A DNA stretch of 64,000 nucleotides from an uncultured Clostridia bacterium (lineage in GTDB: Bacteria; Bacillota; Clostridia; TANB77; CAG-508): positions 44,294 through 108,293 of the forward strand of contig CAKOSX010000002.1 of assembly GCA_934119935.1 (NCBI GenBank). The letters run 5' to 3'. The notes beneath the pieces are model-generated. The model was not told the DNA's origin, did no database searches, and was given only the letters and a program-made list of their open reading frames with translations. The number at the start of each line of letters is the position of its first letter. The stretch's first letter is position 1. Position numbers and translations under genes: made by a program. Positions 58,689 through 64,000 of this stretch are shown here, piece by piece.

Positions 58689-60011
58689 TTGTTTAAGACC
58701 ATAAAAAATGCTCTAAAAACACCTGAAGTAAGAAAAAAATTATTATATACTTTATTGTTAATAGTAATTTTTAGATTAGGCTGTTATATAACAATACCTG
58801 GAGTTGATACTTTTAAATTAGCAGAAGAAATGAGTTCTGCAACTAATGGTGTAACGGGACTTATAGACACAATATCAGGAGGAGCTTTCTCAAGACTTTC
58901 TATATTTGCGATGTCTATAACTCCATACATCACAGCATCAATCGTTATCCAATTATTAGGAATGGTTATACCAGCATTGGAAAGATTAACTAAAGAAGGT
59001 GGAGAAGAAGGAAGAACAAAAATTAATAAGTATACAAAAATGCTTACAATTGTTCTAGCTTTAATCGAAGGATTAGGAATTTTCTTCTCATACAAATCTG
59101 CTGGAATATTCTTAAATACAAGCTTTATAGGAGGAGCGTTAACAGTTATTTCTTTAATGGCAGGAACAGCACTTTTAATATGGCTTGGAGAACAGATTAC
59201 TAATAAAGGTATTGGAAACGGAATATCAATGATAATATTTGTTGGTATTATATCAGGATTACCAAGAGGCATTACAGCTGTATGGGGCTTAATGTTCTCA
59301 GCTGGAACTTTTAGCACAGTTGGATTTATAAAAGCTTTGGCACTTATAGTTGGATTACTAGTACTAGTTGCAGGAGTTGTATTTATACAAATTGCTGAAA
59401 GAAGAATACCAGTACAATATGCTAAAAAGGTAGTTGGAAGAAGAATGGTAGGAGCTCAAAATACACATATTCCATTAAAGCTAGCAATGGCTGGAGTTAT
59501 GCCTATAATATTTGCTTCATCATTTATGACATTTCCAGCAATGATTTTACAAATATTTGTAAAAGACATTGCAACACAAACAGGATTCTGGGCAGGAGTA
59601 TATAGATTCTCTATTGCTTCATCAAATTCTAGTGTGGGAATAGGATATACAATCGCAAACGCAGTAGTATACTTACTATTAATATTAGGATTCACATATT
59701 TCTACACATATGCGATGTTCAACCCTGCAGAGATATCAGGAAACATCAAAAGAAATGGTGGATTTATACCAGGTATAAGAGCTGGAAAACCAACTACAGA
59801 TTATTTATCATCTGTAATATCTAAACTATCACTAGTAGGAGGAATATTCTTAGCAATAATAGCTATTCTTCCAATGATAGCAAACTTTACAAACTTAAAC
59901 ATAGCATTTGGTGGTACATCTATACTTATCGTAGTAGGTGTTGCACTAGAAACAATACAACAATTAGAATCTCAACTTGTAACAAGACATTACAAAGGAT
60001 TCTTAGAATAA
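58689..60011 (+). CDS. secY: Preprotein translocase subunit SecY
   Basis: 10-TM SecY; TTG start abutting the rplO stop. Confidence 0.93.
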   Translation: MFKTIKNALKTPEVRKKLLYTLLLIVIFRLGCYITIPGVDTFKLAEEMSSATNGVTGLIDTISGGAFSRLSIFAMSITPYITASIVIQLLGMVIPALERLTKEGGEEGRTKINKYTKMLTIVLALIEGLGIFFSYKSAGIFLNTSFIGGALTVISLMAGTALLIWLGEQITNKGIGNGISMIIFVGIISGLPRGITAVWGLMFSAGTFSTVGFIKALALIVGLLVLVAGVVFIQIAERRIPVQYAKKVVGRRMVGAQNTHIPLKLAMAGVMPIIFASSFMTFPAMILQIFVKDIATQTGFWAGVYRFSIASSNSSVGIGYTIANAVVYLLLILGFTYFYTYAMFNPAEISGNIKRNGGFIPGIRAGKPTTDYLSSVISKLSLVGGIFLAIIAILPMIANFTNLNIAFGGTSILIVVGVALETIQQLESQLVTRHYKGFLE

Positions 60012-60018
60012 GAAAATG

Positions 60019-60046
60019 GAGGCAGAGTAAAATCTGTCTCTTTTTT
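60019..60046 (+). terminator. Putative terminator after secY
   Basis: GAGGCAG-agtaaaat-CTGTCTC followed by a T6 run. Confidence 0.45.
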
Positions 60047-60093
60047 CGCCCAATAGGGACGCCACTTTTTGGGCAAAAAAAATGTTTAAATAA

Positions 60094-60122
60094 TTGACAA
60101 ATTGGGAAAAATAAGCTAAAAT
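60094..60122 (+). promoter_or_regulatory. Promoter TTGACA-17-TAAAAT upstream of adk
   Basis: Consensus -35, 17-nt spacer. Confidence 0.5.
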
Positions 60123-60211
60123 AAGTTTATAATTAAGAGAAAAACTTCGAGATTTTATGCCTCTAATATTGTATTAGGGGCAAAAAATGTTGAGTTCGAA
60201 AGGAGAAAAAT

Positions 60212-60880
60212 ATGTATTTAATAATGTTAGGTGCTCAAGGAACTGGAAAAGGTACAGTTGCAGGAATATTGGCAAAAGAGACAGGCTGGCCACAAATTTC
60301 AACAGGAGATATCTTTAGAGCAAATATATCAAATAACACTGAATTAGGAAAGAAAGCAAACGAATATATATCAAAAGGACAACTTGTTCCAGATGATATA
60401 ACGGTTCCAATGGTTATAAATAGACTAAGTGAAGATGATTGTAAAGATGGAGCTATATTAGATGGTTTCCCACGTACAGTTGAACAAGCAGAAAAACTTG
60501 ATGAAATTCTTGCTGGAAAGAATAAGAAGGTTGATTTAGTAATAAATTTAACAACACCAAGAGACGAAATTATTACAAGAATCTTAAACAGAAGAGTATG
60601 TTCAAATCCAGAATGCAAAGCAACATACAATATAACAATGCATCCATCTAAAGTTGAAGGAATATGCGATATTTGTGGTTCTAAACTAGTTCAAAGAGGA
60701 GACGACAGTGACGAAAAAGCAATAAAACAAAGATTGGCAATATATGATGAAAAAACAAGTCCATTAATAGATTTCTATACAAAGAAAGGTGTTTTAGTAA
60801 CTGAAGAAGTTAGTGAAAAAATAAATAGACTTGGAAAAGAAGCTGCAGAAGATGTATTAAATAAGATGAAAAATATGTAG
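60212..60880 (+). CDS. adk: Adenylate kinase (zinc-lid type)
   Basis: GAQGTGKGT P-loop; lid Cys4 CSNPECK...CDICG. Confidence 0.95.
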   Translation: MYLIMLGAQGTGKGTVAGILAKETGWPQISTGDIFRANISNNTELGKKANEYISKGQLVPDDITVPMVINRLSEDDCKDGAILDGFPRTVEQAEKLDEILAGKNKKVDLVINLTTPRDEIITRILNRRVCSNPECKATYNITMHPSKVEGICDICGSKLVQRGDDSDEKAIKQRLAIYDEKTSPLIDFYTKKGVLVTEEVSEKINRLGKEAAEDVLNKMKNM

Positions 60881-60903
60881 TTAATTAGAAGAAGGTAATA
60901 GAA

Positions 60904-61674
60904 TTGGTAAGTATAAAAAATAAAGAACAAATTGAAAAAATGAGAGAGGCTTGTAGAGTTGCAAACCTTGCTCAAAAAGCAGTAGAAGCTGCAATAAGAC
61001 CAGGAATTTCTACATGGGAGTTAGATAAAATAGCAGAAAGAACCATGAGAGAAAATGGCGCAATCCCAGCCGAAAAAGGATTTCCAAGTGGAGTAAAAGG
61101 AGTGCCAGCATTTCCCGGTTCAATATGTGCATCTGTAAATGATGTTGTAATCCATGGAATTCCATCGAAAAGAGAAATATTGCACGATGGAGATATAATA
61201 AGTGTAGATTTAGTAGCTTATAAAAATGGCTTTAATGGTGATTGTTGCAGAACATATTTCGTTGGAAATGTGAGCGAAGAAGCAAAAAGACTTACAGAAG
61301 TAACAAAACAATCATTTTATGAAGGAATAAAATTTGCCAAAAAAGGTTTTAGATTAGGAGATATTTGCCATGCTATTGGTGAATATGTTGAAAAAAATGG
61401 GTATAGTGTAGTAAGAGAATTCCAAGGACATGGAATTGGAGAAAGTATGCACGAAGATCCAGGTATTCCAAACTACGGTAAAGCAGGAAGAGGAATACGC
61501 CTTGAACCAGGCATGACTCTAGCAATAGAGCCTATGGTAATTATGGGAAAACCAAACATTTTAGAGTTGGATGATGGTTGGACTATAATAACAGAGGACG
61601 GAAGCCTTGCAGCTCATTATGAAAATACAATTTTAATTACAGAAAATGAGCCAGAAATATTGACATTATTATAA
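60904..61674 (+). CDS. map: Methionine aminopeptidase type I
   Basis: Pita-bread fold metal ligands (D, D, H, E, E); probable TTG start. Confidence 0.9.
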   Translation: MVSIKNKEQIEKMREACRVANLAQKAVEAAIRPGISTWELDKIAERTMRENGAIPAEKGFPSGVKGVPAFPGSICASVNDVVIHGIPSKREILHDGDIISVDLVAYKNGFNGDCCRTYFVGNVSEEAKRLTEVTKQSFYEGIKFAKKGFRLGDICHAIGEYVEKNGYSVVREFQGHGIGESMHEDPGIPNYGKAGRGIRLEPGMTLAIEPMVIMGKPNILELDDGWTIITEDGSLAAHYENTILITENEPEILTLL

Positions 61675-61765
61675 AAATGTTATATACTATATAAGCTATT
61701 ATGTATAAAATAGCTTATATTGTATTTTAAAAATGAGATACAATAGAAGATACGGAGGGAAAATA

Positions 61766-61984
61766 GTGTCAAAAGAGGATGTTATCGAAGTTGAGGGAAC
61801 TGTTGTAGAAACATTACCCAATACAAATTTTAAAGTAGAGTTAGAAAATGGTCATCAGATATTAGCTCACATCTCTGGAAAGTTAAGAATGAATTACATC
61901 AAAATTCTTCCTGGAGATAAAGTTAAGGTGGAATTATCACCATATGACTTAACAAGAGGAAGAATTACTTGGAGAGCAAAATAA
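61766..61984 (+). CDS. infA: Translation initiation factor IF-1
   Basis: [40 protein letters not shown]; GTG start after a GGAGGG RBS. Confidence 0.93.
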   Translation: MSKEDVIEVEGTVVETLPNTNFKVELENGHQILAHISGKLRMNYIKILPGDKVKVELSPYDLTRGRITWRAK

Positions 61985-62030
61985 TATCTAATACTAATAT
62001 ATATAAAATTTTGTTAGGAGGTGCAGAATA

Positions 62031-62144
62031 ATGAAGGTTAGACCATCAGTTAAAAAAATGTGTGACAAATGCAAAGTTATAAAAAGAAAAGGTGTCATCA
62101 GAGTAATATGCGAAAATCCTAAGCATAAACAAAGACAAGGATAA
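62031..62144 (+). CDS. rpmJ: 50S ribosomal protein L36
   Basis: 37-aa [40 protein letters not shown] (below the ORF-track length cutoff); GGAGGTG RBS. Confidence 0.9.
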   Translation: MKVRPSVKKMCDKCKVIKRKGVIRVICENPKHKQRQG

Positions 62145-62419
62145 TTAAAAAATTAGATATTAACACAAATCGAGATTGGCGGCTGTTGAAAGTAGTTTAG
62201 GCTATAATCAATAAATTAAAGGTTTGTGTTTATATATATGCTTATAAAAAAGTTAAAGACCGGTTTAAAAAACTGTAAATTACAAGAATATTATAGGATA
62301 CCTCTAAAACTATAATAAGAATGTAGATTTAAAAGAATTAAATTGGCACATTTCACCTTTGACAATTTTAGGAAGCAGTAAAAAACAAAATAATAAAAAT
62401 AACATTTGGAGGTGCAAAA

Positions 62420-62785
62420 ATGGCTCGTTTAGCAGGAGTTGATTTACCTAGAGAAAAGAGAATAGAAATAGGACTTACATACATATATGGAATAGGTTTA
62501 GCTCGTTCTCAAGAAATATTAAAAAAAGCTGGAATAAATCCAGACATTAGGGTAAAAGATTTAACAGACGATCAAGTACAAGCAATAAGAAATGCAATGG
62601 AAGGTTACACTCTAGAAGGTGACTTAAGAAGAGAAGTTGCATTAAACATAAAAAGACTTACAGAAATTGGTTGCTACAGAGGAACTAGACATAGAAGAGG
62701 TCTTCCAGTAAGAGGACAAAGAACAAAAACTAATGCTCGTACAAGAAAAGGACCAAGAAAATTAGTAAGCAAGAGCAAGAAATAG
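62420..62785 (+). CDS. rpsM: 30S ribosomal protein S13
   Basis: [26 protein letters not shown]. Confidence 0.95.
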   Translation: MARLAGVDLPREKRIEIGLTYIYGIGLARSQEILKKAGINPDIRVKDLTDDQVQAIRNAMEGYTLEGDLRREVALNIKRLTEIGCYRGTRHRRGLPVRGQRTKTNARTRKGPRKLVSKSKK

Positions 62786-62840
62786 AAATTAAGAAACTTC
62801 GCTTCAAATAGCTAAGTTAAAGAGGAGGGAAAACTTAAAA

Positions 62841-63239
62841 ATGGCTACAAAGAATTTAGCAAAAAAACCAACTAGAAGAAGAGATAGAAAAAATATCGAA
62901 AAAGGTATGGCTCATATTCACTCTAGTTTTAATAATACAATAGTTACAATAACAGATACACAAGGTAACGTATTATCATGGGCAAGTGCTGGAGAACTTG
63001 GATTCAAAGGTTCTAGAAAAAGCACACCATTTGCTGCCGGAGAAGCTGCTGAAACAGCTGCTAAAGCTGCAATGGAACATGGTTTAAAAACTGTTGACGT
63101 ATTTGTTAAAGGACCAGGTTCTGGACGTGAATCTGCAATAAGATCATTACAAACAGCAGGACTTGAAATAACATCAATTAAAGATGTTACTCCAATACCA
63201 CACAATGGTTGTAGACCACCAAAAAGAAGACGTGTATAA
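62841..63239 (+). CDS. rpsK: 30S ribosomal protein S11
   Basis: Canonical S11. Confidence 0.95.
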   Translation: MATKNLAKKPTRRRDRKNIEKGMAHIHSSFNNTIVTITDTQGNVLSWASAGELGFKGSRKSTPFAAGEAAETAAKAAMEHGLKTVDVFVKGPGSGRESAIRSLQTAGLEITSIKDVTPIPHNGCRPPKRRRV

Positions 63240-63313
63240 TTTTTTATTATGCGACACGAGAATATAATATAAATCGATAGATTGAGAAATAATTAAGGAA
63301 GGTGAAATATAAA

Positions 63314-63940
63314 ATGTCAAGATATAAAGACGAACAATGCCGTATTTGCCGTAGAGAAGGACAAAAATTGTTCTTAAAAGGCTCAAGATGCTATTCTGAC
63401 AAATGTAGCATAACAAGAAGAAATTATGCACCAGGACAAAATGGTCAAAAGAAGAGCAAAATTTCTGAATATGGTACTCAGTTAAGAGAAAAACAAAAAA
63501 CAAAAGCTTTCTATGGAGTAGGAGAAAAACAATTCAGAAGATACTTCGATATGGCTTCAACTAGCAAGGGAAAAACAGGTGAAGTATTACTTCAAATACT
63601 TGAAAGCAGATTAGATAATGTAGTATATAGATTAGGATTCGCAAGCTCAAGAGCTCAAGCAAGAATGCTTGTAACACATGGTGCTTTTGAAGTAAACGGA
63701 CAAAAAGTTGATATACCATCATACTTAGTAAAAGCCGGAGATGTAATCGCCGTAAGAGAAATAAGAAAAGACAATGGAGCAATAAAAATTGCTGTAGAAG
63801 AAAATGGAAGTAGACCAGTTCCAGCTTGGTTAGAAAAAGACCAAGAAAAATTAAGTGGAAAGGTTGTAACATTAGCAACAAGAGAAGATATTGACCTACC
63901 TGTTGAGGAACATTTAATAGTAGAGCTTTACTCTAAATAA
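63314..63940 (+). CDS. rpsD: 30S ribosomal protein S4 (zinc-finger type)
   Basis: [31 protein letters not shown]; S4 RNA-binding domain. Confidence 0.93.
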   Translation: MSRYKDEQCRICRREGQKLFLKGSRCYSDKCSITRRNYAPGQNGQKKSKISEYGTQLREKQKTKAFYGVGEKQFRRYFDMASTSKGKTGEVLLQILESRLDNVVYRLGFASSRAQARMLVTHGAFEVNGQKVDIPSYLVKAGDVIAVREIRKDNGAIKIAVEENGSRPVPAWLEKDQEKLSGKVVTLATREDIDLPVEEHLIVELYSK

Positions 63941-64000
63941 TAGGTTATTTTAATATAAAAGTTGTAAATATATGAATCCAGTATATTTATATTAGGAGGT

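Noticed and set aside
58784-59317. 177-aa minus-strand ORF inside secY
   Set aside because: It is antisense to secY and its translation mirrors the hydrophobic codon bias.

Overview
The window is a low-GC (about 30% GC) Firmicutes/Clostridia-type chromosomal segment of mostly core housekeeping genes.

Gene content, in order:
- recO, a yqzL-like small gene and era on the minus strand.
- pth, an RNase E/G-like gene, then rplU-rpmA with no prp gene between them.
- trpS, obg and lexA, with an SOS-box-like operator overlapping the lexA promoter.
- An mreB-like gene, a TetR regulator and an acyl-CoA synthetase.
- Two tRNAs on the minus strand (Tyr-GTA and a Met/Ile2-type CAT).
- An Rrf2 regulator, a monofunctional transglycosylase, glgP, lysS, recJ, rel and an MBL hydrolase.
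- hisS, spoIIP, pgi, a thrS T-box riboswitch and thrS.
- An Rpn-family nuclease, a 778-aa orphan protein and deoB.
- A radical-SAM / E2-like acyltransferase / acyl-ACP thioesterase group, a transglutaminase-like gene, murC, spoVG and a RelQ-like small alarmone synthetase.
- From about 48.7 kb, the complete S10-spc-alpha ribosomal protein cluster (rpsJ through rpsD, including secY, adk, map, infA and rpmJ).

The most unusual signals are three discrete segments whose GC content is roughly 45-52%, far above the surrounding DNA, each carrying its own GC-rich terminator hairpin:
1. A two-gene cassette at 20.8-23.9 kb encoding a beta-CASP metallo-beta-lactamase nuclease and a PIN-PhoH (YlaK-like) ATPase. 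This is the best candidate for an undescribed, RNA-targeting two-component system.
2. A deoxynucleoside-kinase-like P-loop kinase at 14.2-14.8 kb, inserted beside the tRNA pair.
3. A 71-aa orphan ORF at 47.43-47.65 kb with its own promoter and RBS.

Other features worth a look:
- A dispersed repeat family of about 85 nt with four copies; the last two are a 127-bp tandem duplication in the hisS leader, where no T-box is present.
- A 49-bp tandem repeat carrying AAAATGTACATTTT palindromes.
- Lys/Ala-rich C-terminal extensions on L27 and L29.
- Unusually long intergenic gaps inside the ribosomal operon: rplW-rplB 234 nt, rplF-rplR 178 nt, rpmJ-rpsM 275 nt.
- No rpmD (L30) gene between rpsE and rplO.
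- A 778-aa charged coiled-coil orphan next to an Rpn-family nuclease.
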